Below, piece after piece: positions 1-15,227 of a stretch of DNA of 64,000 nucleotides. The DNA is from Eledone cirrhosa (Eukaryota). A model generated the notes under the pieces. It saw only the letters and a program-made list of their open reading frames with translations. It was not told where the DNA came from and searched no databases. The stretch lies in the NCBI GenBank assembly GCA_964016885.1, contig OZ024757.1, positions 5,208,001-5,272,000 on the forward strand, given 5' to 3'. Every line of letters starts with the position of its first letter. The stretch's first letter is position 1. Both the position numbers and the translations under genes were made by a program.

Positions 1-1265
1 TCTTACATACACACGCATACCGTGTGTGTACACAGAATCTCACAGTCACACACGCACACACATGGTTCACACACTCAAAAAGCCACCAAACCAACGGAGA
101 AACACACATAAACTGTTACTCGTTAATGTTATATACAACCCAATATACATATATGTACAGATCAACATACGCAAAACACTAGCATGACTTCACTTATATA
201 TATATATACACACTATTTTATTCATCAGTTCCAGCATACACAATATGTAGACTTTTATGTTTACAAATATATGATGTAATCTCGATTTGACATTAATATT
301 GAAATACGTGTCATAGTTCTCTGTACAGACTAATAGAAAGTGTGTTTGAAATAAAACTTACGTTCGTTGGAGACAGTGTCTATTGTTATGCCTGGCTGAG
401 AGACAAGGTTCTCTACAGGTGAAATAACTGGAAGAAATATGGAAGAAAATAATAGGAATGCAAGAAGCTTTTCTTGGGAAGAGTTTGTTATCAATTTGAA
501 GAAATGTTAGAATAAGACGTTGTATTTTGAATTACCTAGACCCATTTAGTTATATATGGGCTGTCTGGAATTATGAGACAAATATGGTAGTTTCGATATG
601 TGCATAAATAACAAATATATATGATGGGATAACCAAATATGTAGAGCAATAGCTGATCTAGTCATACGAGGATAAGGAGTATGAACAACGAAGGAAGACC
701 TGAAATAGTGAAGAAGTGTCGGAGGAAATTTTGTTAAAGATGAGAACTCTGATCTGTGAGATTATTCCATCCACCTCAAAGTATCTTGTGCAACATTCAT
801 CTTCTCTTTTTAACCAGAAATGTCATTCTTTCATAGATAACTCTGATAATAGCCTGAAAAAGTGTATCTTTACTTTTGACCTCATTGTAATGTCTCTAAG
901 GATCAAGGTCAATAAAATGTTTATCCTTGATTATGTTAGGGAGATTGTAATATAATATTCTTGACTGAAATAAGTAGTTATACATTTACTGATCAAAACA
1001 TAAATAAGTTTCTGACTAATTAATAGATAATTTTAAATTAATAACTTACTCTTTTCGGCAAGTTTGGTCTTGAGTGTTGCACTTCGAGAAGACAAATATG
1101 AAGCGTCAGCTAGAAAACATAAACAAAATAATAGTAAAACTGTATGTATATATATACAAATTTATATTACAAATACAGAAAACAGTTATTAGATTCATTA
1201 TCTCTGATATACTGATAAATACACCAGGTCCGAACACAAAAAGAAACAAGTTACCATGTCCTTAC

Positions 1266-1341
<76 letters not shown>

Positions 1342-2706
1342 TATATATATAGGAACACGGCGTCTTAGCTTCCTCGTAAATATACATTTACTACTGATTT
1401 TTCTCTAATCTTGATAACAGTCGTTATAACTAAAATGTATTCTTACATACACACGCATACCGTGTGTGTACACAGAATCTCACAGTCACACACGCACACA
1501 CATGGTTCACACACTCAAAAAGCCACCAAACCAACGGAGAAACACATAAACTGTTACTCGTTAATGTTATATACAACCCAATATACATATATGTACAGAT
1601 CAACATACGCAAAACACTAGCATGACTTCACTTATATATATATATACACACTATTTTATTCATCAGTTCCAGCATACACAATATGTAGACTTTCATGTTT
1701 ACAAATATATGATGTAATCTCGATTTGACATTAATATTGAAATACGTGTCATAGTTCTCTGTACAGACTAATAGAAAGTGTGTTTGAAATAAAACTTACG
1801 TTCGTTGGAGACAGTGTCTATTGTTATGCCTGGCTGAGAGACAAGGTTCTCTACAGGTGAAATAACTGGAAGAAATATGGAAGAAAATAATAGGAATGCA
1901 AGAAGCTTTTCTTGGGAAGAGTTTGTTATCAATTTGAAGAAATGTTAGAATAAGACGTTGTATTTTGAATTACCTAGACCCATTTAGTTATATATGGGCT
2001 GTCTGGAATTATGAGACAAATATGGTAGTTTCGATATGTGCATAAATAACAAATATATATGATGGGATAACCAAATATGTAGAGCAATAGCTGATCTAGT
2101 CATACGAGGATAAGGAGTATGAACAACGAAGGAAGACCTGAAATAGTGAAGAAGTGTCGGAGGAAATTTTGTTAAAGATGAGAACTCTGATCTGTGAGAT
2201 TATTCCATCCACCTCAAAGTATCTTGTGCAACATTCATCTTCTCTTTTTAACCAGAAATGTCATTTTTTCATAGATAACTCTGATAATAGCCTGAAAAAG
2301 TGTATCTTTACTTTTGACCTCATTGTAATGTCTCTAAGGATCAAGGTCAATAAAATGTTTATCCTTGATTATGTTAGGGAGATTGTAATATAATATTCTT
2401 GACTGAAATAAGTAGTTATACATTTACTGATCAAAACATAAATAAGTTTCTGAATAATTAATAGATAATTTTAAATTAATAACTTACTCTTTTCGGCAAG
2501 TTTGGTCTTGAGTGTTGCACTTCGAGAAGACAAATATGAAGCGTCAGCTAGAAAACATAAACAAAATAATAGTAAAACTGTATGTATATATATACAAATT
2601 TATATTACAAATACAGAAAACAGTTATTAGATTCATTATCTCTGATATACTGATAAATACACCAGGTCCGAACACAAAAAGAAACAAGTTACCATGTCCT
2701 TACCAA

Positions 2707-2793
<87 letters not shown>

Positions 2794-4148
2794 AACACGG
2801 CGTCTTAGCTTCCTCGTAAATATACATTTACTACTGATTTTTCTCTAATCTTGATAACAGTCGTTATAACTAAAATGTATTCTTACATACACACGCATAC
2901 CGTGGGTGTACACAGAATCTCACAGTCACACACGCACACACATGGTTCACACACTCAAAAAGCCACCAAACCAACGGAGAAACACACACAAACTGTTACT
3001 CGTTAATGTTATATACAACCCAATATACATATATGTACAGATCAACATACGCAAAACACTAGCATGACTTCACTTATATATATATATACACACTATTTTA
3101 TTCATCAGTTCCAGCATACACAATATGTAGACTTTCATGTTTACAAATATATGATGTAATCTCGATTTGACATTAATGTTGAAATACGTGTCATAGTTCT
3201 CTGTACAGACTAATAGAAAGTGTGTTTGAAATAAAACTTACGTTCGTTGGAGACAGTGTCTATTGTTATGCCTGGCTGAGAGACAAGGTTCTCTACAGGT
3301 GAAATAACTGGAAGAAATATGGAAGAAAATAATAGGAATGCAAGAAGCTTTTCTTGGGAAGAGTTTGTTATCAATTTGAAGAAATGTTAGAATAAGACGT
3401 TGTATTTTGAATTACCTAGACCCATTTAGTTATATATGGGCTGTCTGGAATTATGAGACAAATATGGTAGTTTCGATATGTGCATAAAGAACAAATATAT
3501 ATGATGGGATAACCAAATATGTAGAGCAATAGCTGATCTAGTCATACGAGGATAAGGAGTATGAACAACGAAGGAAGACCTGAAATAGTGAAGAAGTGTC
3601 GGAGGAAATTTTGTTAAAGATGAGAACTCTGATCTGTGAGATTATTCCATCTACCTCAAAGTATCTTGTGCAACATTCATCTTCTCTTTTTAACCAGAAA
3701 TGTCATTTTTTCATAGATAACTCTGATAATAGCCTGAAAAAGTGTATCTTTACTTTTGACCTCATTGTAATGTCTCTAAGGATCAAGGTCAATAAAATGT
3801 TTATCCTTGATTATGTTAGGGAGATTGTAATATAATATTCTTGACTGAAATAAGTAGTTATACATTTACTGATCAAAACATAAATAAGTTTCTGACTAAT
3901 TAATAGATAATTTTAAATTAATAACTTACTCTTTTCGGCAAGTTTGGTCTTGAGTGTTGCACTTCGAGAAGACAAATATGAAGCGTCAGCTAGAAAACAT
4001 AAACAAAATAATAGTAAAACTGTATGTATATATATACAAATTTATATTACAAATACAGAAAACAGTTATTAGATTCATTATCTCTGATATACTGATAAAT
4101 ACACCAGGTCCGAACACAAAAAGAAACAAGTTACCATGTCCTTACCAA

Positions 4149-4245
<97 letters not shown>

Positions 4246-5597
4246 AACACGGCGTCTTAGCTTCCTCGTAAATATACATTTACTACTGATTTTTCTCTAA
4301 TCTTGATAACAGTCGTTATAACTAAAATGTATTCTTACATACACACGCATACCGTGTGTGTACACAGAATCTCACAGTCACACACGCACACACATGGTTC
4401 ACACACTCAAAAAGCCACCAAACCAACGGAGAAACACACACAAACTGTTACTCGTTAATGTTATATACAACCCAATATACATATATGTACAGATCAACAT
4501 ACGCAAAACACTAGCATGACTTCACTTATATATATATATACACACTATTTTATTCATCAGTTCCAGCATACACAATATGTAGACTTTCATGTTTACAAAT
4601 ATATGATGTAATCTCGATTTGACATTAATGTTGAAATACGTGTCATAGTTCTCTGTACAGACTAATAGAAAGTGTGTTTGAAATAAAACTTACGTTCGTT
4701 GGAGACAGTGTCTATTGTTATGCCTGGCTGAGAGACAAGGTTCTCTACAGGTGAAATAACTGGAAGAAATATGGAAGAAAATAATAGGAATGCAAGAAGC
4801 TTTTCTTGGGAAGAGTTTGTTATCAATTTGAAGAAATGTTAGAATAAGACGTTGTATTTTGAATTACCTAGACCCATTTAGTTATATATGGGCTGTCTGG
4901 AATTATGAGACAAATATGGTAGTTTCGATATGTGCATAAAGAACAAATATATATGATGGGATAACCAAATATGTAGAGCAATAGCTGATCTAGTCATACG
5001 AGGATAAGGAGTATGAACAACGAAGGAAGACCTGAAATAGTGAAGAAGTGTCGGAGGAAATTTTGTTAAAGATGAGAACTCTGATCTGTGAGATTATTCC
5101 ATCTACCTCAAAGTATCTTGTGCAACATTCATCTTCTCTTTTTAACCAGAAATGTCATTTTTTCATAGATAACTCTGATAATAGCCTGAAAAAGTGTATC
5201 TTTACTTTTGACCTCATTGTAATGTCTCTAAGGATCAAGGTCAATAAAATGTTTATCCTTGATTATGTTAGGGAGATTGTAATATAATATTCTTGACTGA
5301 AATAAGTAGTTATACATTTACTGATCAAAACATAAATAAGTTTCTGACTAATTAATAGATAATTTTAAATTAATAACTTACTCTTTTCGGCAAGTTTGGT
5401 CTTGAGTGTTGCACTTCGAGAAGACAAATATGAAGCGTCAGCTAGAAAACATAAACAAAATAATAGTAAAACTGTATGTATATATATACAAATTTATATT
5501 ACAAATACAGAAAACAGTTATTAGATTCATTATCTCTGATATACTGATAAATACACCAGGTCCGAACACAAAAAGAAACAAGTTACCATGTCCTTAC

Positions 5598-5671
<74 letters not shown>

Positions 5672-7038
5672 TATATATATAGGAACACGGCGTCTTAGCT
5701 TCCTCGTAAATATACATTTACTACTGATTTTTCTCTAATCTTGATAACAGTCGTTATAACTAAAATGTATTCTTACATACACACGCATACCGTGTGTGTA
5801 CACAGAATCTCACAGTCACACACGCACACACATGGTTCACACACTCAAAAAGCCACCAAACCAACGGAGAAACACACATAAACTGTTACTCGTTAATGTT
5901 ATATACAACCCAATATACATATATGTACAGATCAACATACGCAAAACACTAGCATGACTTCACTTATATATATATATACACACTATTTTATTCATCAGTT
6001 CCAGCATACACAATATGTAGACTTTCATGTTTACAAATATATGATGTAATCTCGATTTGACATTAATATTGAAATACGTGTCATAGTTCTCTGTACAGAC
6101 TAATAGAAAGTGTGTTTGAAATAAAACTTACGTTCGTTGGAGACAGTGTCTATTGTTATGCCTGGCTGAGAGACAAGGTTCTCTACAGGTGAAATAACTG
6201 GAAGAAATATGGAAGAAAATAATAGGAATGCAAGAAGCTTTTCTTGGGAAGAGTTTGTTATCAATTTGAAGAAATGTTAGAATAAGACGTTGTATTTTGA
6301 ATTACCTAGACCCATTTAGTTATATATGGGCTGTCTGGAATTATGAGACAAATATGGTAGTTTCGATATGTGCATAAATAACAAATATATATGATGGGAT
6401 AACCAAATATGTAGAGCAATAGCTGATCTAGTCATACGAGGATAAGGAGTATGAACAACGAAGGAAGACCTGAAATAGTGAAGAAGTGTCGGAGGAAATT
6501 TTGTTAAAGATGAGAACTCTGATCTGTGAGATTATTCCATCCACCTCAAAGTATCTTGTGCAACATTCATCTTCTCTTTTTAACCAGAAATGTCATTTTT
6601 TCATAGATAACTCTGATAATAGCCTGAAAAAGTGTATCTTTACTTTTGACCTCATTGTAATGTCTCTAAGGATCAAGGTCAATAAAATGTTTATCCTTGA
6701 TTATGTTAGGGAGATTGTAATATAATATTCTTGACTGAAATAAGTAGTTATACATTTACTGATCAAAACATAAATAAGTTTCTGAATAATTAATAGATAA
6801 TTTTAAATTAATAACTTACTCTTTTCGGCAAGTTTGGTCTTGAGTGTTGCACTTCGAGAAGACAAATATGAAGCGTCAGCTAGAAAACATAAACAAAATA
6901 ATAGTAAAACTGTATGTATATATATACAAATTTATATTACAAATACAGAAAACAGTTATTAGATTTATTATCTCTGATATACTGATAAATACACCAGGTC
7001 CGAACACAAAAAGAAACAAGTTACCATGTCCTTACCAA

Positions 7039-7097
<59 letters not shown>

Positions 7098-8472
7098 AAC
7101 ACGGCGTCTTAGCTTCCTCGTAAATATACATTTACTACTGATTTTTCTCTAATCTTGATAACAGTCGTTATAACTAAAATGTATTCTTACATACACACGC
7201 ATACCGTGTGTGTACACAGAATCTCACAGTCACACACGCACACACATGGTTCACACACTCAAAAAGCCACCAAACCAACGGAGAAACACACACAAACTGT
7301 TACTCGTTAATGTTATATACAACCCAATATACATATATGTACAGATCAACATACGCAAAACACTAGCATGACTTCACTTATATATATATATACACACTAT
7401 TTTATTCATCAGTTCCAGCATACACAATATGTAGACTTTCATGTTTACAAATATATGATGTAATCTCGATTTGACATTAATGTTGAAATACGTGTCATAG
7501 TTCTCTGTACAGACTAATAGAAAGTGTGTTTGAAATAAAACTTACGTTCGTTGGAGACAGTGTCTATTGTTATGCCTGGCTGAGAGACAAGGTTCTCTAC
7601 AGGTGAAATAACTGGAAGAAATATGGAAGAAAATAATAGGAATGCAAGAAGCTTTTCTTGGGAAGAGTTTGTTATCAATTTGAAGAAATGTTAGAATAAG
7701 ACGTTGTATTTTGAATTACCTAGACCCATTTAGTTATATATGGGCTGTCTGGAATTATGAGACAAATATGGTAGTTTCGATATGTGCATAAAGAACAAAT
7801 ATATATGATGGGATAACCAAATATGTAGAGCAATAGCTGATCTAGTCATACGAGGATAAGGAGTATGAACAACGAAGGAAGACCTGAAATAGTGAAGAAG
7901 TGTCGGAGGAAATTTTGTTAAAGATGAGAACTCTGATCTGTGAGATTATTCCATCTACCTCAAAGTATCTTGTGCAACATTCATCTTCTCTTTTTAACCA
8001 GAAATGTCATTTTTTCATAGATAACTCTGATAATAGCCTGAAAAAGTGTATCTTTACTTTTGACCTCATTGTAATGTCTCTAAGGATCAAGGTCAATAAA
8101 ATGTTTATCCTTGATTATGTTAGGGAGATTGTAATATAATATTCTTGACTGAAATAAGTAGTTATACATTTACTGATCAAAACATAAATAAGTTTCTGAA
8201 TAATTAATAGATACTTTTAAATTAATAACTTACTCTTTTCGGCAAGTTTGGTCTTGAGTGTTGCACTTCGAGAAGACAAATATGAAGCGTCAGCTAGAAA
8301 ACATAAACAAAATAATAGTAAAACTGTATGTATATATATACAAATTTATATTACAAATACAGAAAACAGTTATTAGATTCATTATCTCTGATATACTGAT
8401 AAATACACCAGGTCCAAACACAAAAAGAACCGAAGTTACCATGTCCTTACCAAATATATATATATACATTTT

Positions 8473-8514
<42 letters not shown>

Positions 8515-9875
8515 TATAGGAACACGGCTTCTTAGCTTCTTCGTAAATATACATTTACTACTGAATTTTCTCTAATCTTGATAACAGTCGTTATAACTAA
8601 AATGTATTCTTACATACACACGCATACCGTGTGTGTACACAGAATCTCACAGTCACACACGCACACACATGGTTCACACACTCAAAAAGCCACCAAACCA
8701 ACGGAGAAACACACACAAACTGTTACTCGTTAATGTTATATACAACCCAATATACATATATGTACAGATCAACATACGCAAAACACTAGCATGACTTCAC
8801 TTATATATATATATACACACTATTTTATTCATCAGTTCCAGCATACACAATATGTAGACTTTCATGTTTACAAATATATGATGTAATCTCGATTTGACAT
8901 TAATGTTGAAACACGTGTCATAGTTCTCTGTACAGACTAATAGAAAGTGTGTTTGAAATAAAACTTACGTTCGTTGGAGACAGTGTCTATTGTTATGCCC
9001 GGCTGAGAGACAAGGTTCTCTACAGGTGAAATAACTGGAAGAAATATGGAAGAAAATAATAGGAATGCAAGAAGCTTTTCTTGGGAAGAGTTTGTTATCA
9101 ATTTGAAGAAATGTTAGAATAAGACGTTGTATTTTGAATTACCTAGACCCATTTAGTTATATATGGGCTGTCTGGAATTATGAGACAAATATGGTAGTTT
9201 CGATATGTGCATAAAGAACAAATATATATGATGGGATAACCAAATATGTAGAGCAATAGCTGATCTAGTCATACGAGGATAAGGAGTATGAACAACGAAG
9301 GAAGACCTGAAATAGTGAAGAAGTGTCGGAGGAAATTTTGTTAAAGATGAGAACTCTGATCTGTGAGATTATTCCATCTACCTCAAAGTATCTTGTGCAA
9401 CATTCATCTTCTCTTTTTAACCAGAAATGTCATTTTTTCATAGATAACTCTGATAATAGCCTGAAAAAGTGTATCTTTACTTTTGACCTCATTGTAATGT
9501 CTCTAAGGATCAAGGTCAATAAAATGTTTATCCTTGATTATGTTAGGGAGATTGTAATATAATATTCTTGACTGAAATAAGTAGTTATACATTTACTGAT
9601 CAAAACATAAATAAGTTTCTGAATAATTAATAGATAATTTTAAATTAATAACTTACTCTTTTCGGCAAGTTTGGTCTTGAGTGTTGCACTTCGAGAAGAC
9701 AAATATGAAGCGTCAGCTAGAAAACATAAACAAAATAATAGTAAAACTGTATGTATATATATACAAATTTATATTACAAATACAGAAAACAGTTATTAGA
9801 TTCATTATCTCTGATATACTGATAAATACACCAGGTCCGAACACAAAAAGAAACAAGTTACCATGTCCTTACCAA

Positions 9876-9948
<73 letters not shown>

Positions 9949-11323
9949 AACACGGCGTCTTAGCTTCCTCGTAAATATACATTTACTACTGAATTTTCTC
10001 TAATCTTGATAACAGTCGTTATAACTAAAATGTATTCTTACATACACACGCATACCGTGTGTGTACACAGAATCTCACAGTAACACACGCACACACATGG
10101 TTCACACACTCAAAAAGCCACCAAACCAACGGAGAAACACACACAAACTGTTACTCGTTAATGTTATATACAACCCAATATACATATATGTACAGATCAA
10201 CATACGCAAAACACTAGCATGACTTCACTTATATATATATATACACACTATTTTATTCATCAGTTCCAGCATACACAATATGTAGACTTTCATGTTTACA
10301 AATATATGATGTAATCTCGATTTGACATTAATGTTGAAATACGTGTCATAGTTCTCTGTACAGACTAATAGAAAGTGTGTTTGAAATAAAACTTACGTTC
10401 GTTGGAGACAGTGTCTATTGTTATGCCTGGCTGAGAGACAAGGTTCTCTACAGGTGAAATAACTGGAAGAAATATGGAAGAAAATAATAGGAATGCAAGA
10501 AGCTTTTCTTGGGAAGAGTTTGTTATCAATTTGAAGAAATGTTAGAATAAGACGTTGTATTTTGAATTACCTAGACCCATTTAGTTATATATGGGCTGTC
10601 TGGAATTATGAGACAAATATGGTAGTTTCGATATGTGCATAAAGAACAAATATATATGATGGGATAACCAAATATGTAGAGCAATAGCTGATCTAGTCAT
10701 ACGAGGATAAGGAGTATGAACAACGAAGGAAGACCTGAAATAGTGAAGAAGTGTCGGAGGAAATTTTGTTAAAGATGAGAACTCTGATCTGTGAGATTAT
10801 TCCATCTACCTCAAAGTATCTTGTGCAACATTCATCTTCTCTTTTTAACCAGAAATGTCATTTTTTCATAGATAACTCTGATAATAGCCTGAAAAAGTGT
10901 ATCTTTACTTTTGACCTCATTGTAATGTCTCTAAGGATCAAGGTCAATAAAATGTTTATCCTTGATTATGTTAGGGAGATTGTAATATAATATTCTTGAC
11001 TGAAATAAGTAGTTATACATTTACTGATCAAAACATAAATAAGTTTCTGAATAATTAATAGATAATTTTAAATTAATAACTTACTCTTTTCGGAAAGTTT
11101 GGTCTTGAGTGTTGCACTTCGAGAAGACAAATATGAAGCGTCAGCTAGAAAACATAAACAAAATAATAGTAAAACTGTATGTATATATATACAAATTTAT
11201 ATTACAAATACAGAAAACAGTCATTAGATTCATTATCTCTGATATACTGATAAATACACCAGGTCCGAACACAAAAAGAACCGAAGTTACCATGTCCTTA
11301 CCAAATATATATATATACATTTT

Positions 11324-11405
<82 letters not shown>

Positions 11406-12763
11406 TATAGGAACACGGCGTCTTAGCTTCTTCGTAAATATACATTTACTACTGAATTTTCTCTAATCTTGATAACAGTCGTTATAACTAAAATGTATTC
11501 TTACATACACACGCATACCGTGTGTGTACACAGAAACTCACAGTCACACAAGCACACACATGGTTCACACACTCAAAAAGCCACCAAACCAACGGAGAAA
11601 CACACACAAACTGTTACTCGTTAATGTTATATACAACCCAATATACATATATGTACAGATCAACATACGCAAAACACTAGCATGACTTCACTTATATATA
11701 TATATACACACTATTTTATTTATCAGTTCCAGCATACACAATATGTAGACTTTCATGTTTACAAATATATGATGTAATCTCGATTTGACATTAATGTTGA
11801 AACACGTGACATAGTTCTCTGTACAGACTAATAGAAAGTGTGTTTGAAATAAAACTTACGTTCGTTGGAGACAGTGTCTATTGTTATGCCCGGCTGAGAG
11901 ACAAGGTTCTCTACAGGTGAAATAACTGGAAGAAATATGGAAGAAAATAATAGGAATGCAAGAAGCTTTTCTTGGGAAGAGTTTGTTATCAATTTGAAGA
12001 AATGGTAGAATAAGACGTTGTATTTTGAATTACCTAGACCCATTTAGTTATATATGGGCTGTCTGGAATTATGAGACAAATATGGTAGTTTCGATATGTG
12101 CATAAAGAACAAATATATATGATGGGATAACCAAATATGTAGAGCAATAGCTGATCTAGTCATACGAGGATAAGGAGTATGAACAACGAAGGAAGACCTG
12201 AAATAGTGAAGAAGTGTCGGAGGAAATTTTGTTAAAGATGAGAACTCTGATCTGTGAGATTATTCCATCTACCTCAAAGTATCTTGTGCAACATTCATCT
12301 TCTCTTTTTAACCAGAAATGTCATTCTTTCATAGATAACTCTGATAATAGCCTGAAAAAGTGTATCTTTACTTTTGACCTCATTGTAATGTCTCTAAGGA
12401 TCAAGGTCAATAAAATGTTTATCCTTGATTATGTTAGGGAGATTGTAATATAATATTCTTGACTGAAATAAGTAGTTATACATTTACTGATCAAAACATA
12501 AATAAGTTTCTGAATAATTAATAGATAATTTTAAATTAATAACTTACTCTTTTCGGCAAGTTTGGTCTTGAGTGTTGCACTTCGAGAAGACAAATATGAA
12601 GCGTCAGCTAGAAAACATAAACAAAATAATAGTAAAACTGTATGTATATATATACAAATTTATATTACAAATACAGAAAACAGTTATTAGATTCATTATC
12701 TCTGATATACTGATAAATACACCAGGTCCGAACACAAAAAGAAACAAGTTACCATGTCCTTAC

Positions 12764-12823
<60 letters not shown>

Positions 12824-13200
12824 GGACCACTGCGTGTTAGCTCCGTAAATATACATTTATTACCAAATTTTCTCTAATTGTTATAACTAAAATGTATTCT
12901 TACATACACACGCATACCGTGTGTGTACACAGAATCTCACAGTCACACACGCACACACATGGTTCACACACTCAAAAAGCCACCAAACCAACGGAGAAAC
13001 ACACACAAACTGTTACTCGTTAATGTTATATACAACCCAATATACATATATGTACAGATCAACATACGCAAAACACTAGCATGACTTCACTTATATATAT
13101 ATACACACTATTTTAATTCATCAGTTCCAGCATACACAATATGTAGACTTTCACGTTTACAAATATATAATGTAATCTCGATTTGACATTAATGTTGAAA
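1..13200. repeat. Tandem array (macrosatellite) of a ~1.41-1.46 kb unit; 9 near-identical copies plus the start of a 10th, running off the left edge
   Basis: The same ORF landmark recurs at 716, 2154, 3596, 5048, 6486, 7900, 9323, 10751 and 12214 (spacings 1438, 1442, 1452, 1438, 1414, 1423, 1428, 1463). Length variation comes mainly from one (TA)n tract per unit. Confidence 0.98.
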
Positions 13201-13533
13201 CACGTGTCATAGTTCTCTGTACAGACTAATAGAAATTGTGTTTGAAATAAATCTTACCTTTTTTGGAGACAGCGTCTCTTTTTATGACTGGCTCAGAGAT
13301 AATGTCCTCTACAGGACTCACAACTGGAAAAGAATACAAAGAAAATAATAGGAAAGCTAGAAGGGTTTCTTGGGAAGAGTTTGTTGTCAATTTGAAGAAA
13401 ACGTAGAATAAGGTGTTGTATTTTAAATTAGCTAGAACAATTTAGTTATATATGGGCTGTCTGGTATTATGAGACAAATATTGTAGTTTCCCACTGGGCC
13501 TAAAGAACAAAAAGAGCCAAGTTACCATGTCCT

Positions 13534-13623
<90 letters not shown>

Positions 13624-15195
13624 TCAAGTATTTTTATAAATGCACGATTCACGACCACGGCGTCTTATCTCCGTAAATATACATTTACTACCAAATTTTC
13701 TCTAATCATGATAACAGTCGTTACAACTAATATTTATTCTTACATACACACGCATACAGTGTGTGTACACATAATCTCACCGTCACACACGCACACACAT
13801 AGCTCACACACTCAAAAAGCCACCAAACCAACGGACAAACACACGCAAACTGTTACTCGTTAATGTTATATACAACCCAATATACATATGTGTATACATC
13901 AACATACGCAAAACACTAGCATGACTTCACTTATATATATATACACACTATTTTATTCATCAGTTCCAGCATACACAATATATAGACTTCCATGTTTACA
14001 AATATATAATGTATTCTCGATTTGACATTAATGTTGAAACACGTGTCATAGTTTTCTGTACAGACTAATAGAAAGTTTGTTTGAAATACAATTTTCATTC
14101 TTTGGAGACAGCATTAGTAGGTATGCTTGGCTCAGAGACAAATTTCTCTACAGGGGAAATAACTGGAATAAAATACGGAAGAAAATATTAGGAAAGCTAC
14201 AAGGTTTTCTTGGCAAGAGATTGTTGTCAATTTGAGGAAATGGTAGAATAATGTGTCGTATTTTAAATTAGCTATAACTCTTTAGTTATATGTGGGGCGT
14301 CTGGAATCGTAATACAGATATTACGGGTTCCCACTGGTCCTAAAGAACAAATATATATGATGGTATAACCAAATATTTAGAGCAATGCCGATCTACTGGA
14401 TACGTGTATGAGGAGTATGAACAACGAAGGGGGACCAGAAATAGTGAAGAAGTGTGGGAGGTAATTTTGTTAAATATGAGAACACCGATGTGTCTGACAA
14501 TTCCATCTACCTCAATGTATCTAGTGCAACATTCACCTTTTCTTTTGAACCAGATATAATGTCATTCTTTCTTAGATAACTCTGAAAATGCGCTGAAAAG
14601 TTGTATCTTTACTTTTGACTACATTGTAAGATCTCTGATGATGGAAGTGAATAAAATGTTTATCCTTGATTATATTAGTGTGTTTGTAATATAAAGTGTG
14701 ATATTCATGACTGAATTAGGTAGTTACAAATTTACAGTTCAAAATATAAACAAATTACTGAATAATTAATAAATAAACTTTAAATTATAACTTACTATTG
14801 TGAAAACGTTTGGTTTTTGATGTTGATCTTCGAGAAGACACATAAGATGTGTCAGCTAGAAAATATAAAGAAAATAATAGTAAACCTATATGTATATATA
14901 GACATAATTGTTTTTACATTTGGCACAAGCCCAGCAATTACCCAGTACATTACTGGAACTTTCTTTTATCGGCCCCGTAGTTATGAAAGGCAAAGTTAAC
15001 CTCGGCGGTATTTGAACTCAGAATGGCAAGGGCCGTAGCACTATGCGTCAAAGCATCGCGTCCGACTCTCTACCAATACTGCCAAATAATATTACAAATA
15101 CATGAAACAGTTATTAGACTCATTATCTCTGATATACTGATATATACACCAGGCCCGTTCACAAAAAGTACAATGCACCCGCTGTCCTTGCCATT

Positions 15196-15227
<32 letters not shown>

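Noticed and set aside
716-12877. Repeated 79-aa (MSEEILLK…) and 88-110-aa (MLHFEK…YIYIYI) ORFs as a tandem gene family
   Set aside because: They start at GTG, show no recognisable domain, and the second runs into a variable (TA)n. Their identity simply reflects the DNA repeat.
1-13200. Array of snRNA, SL-RNA, 5S or tRNA genes as the target of the CRE, Tx1 or R4 elements
   Set aside because: I found no recognisable U1, U2, U6, 5S or tRNA sequence in the unit, and none of the LINEs is inserted in it. A divergent ncRNA cannot be excluded without an Infernal search.
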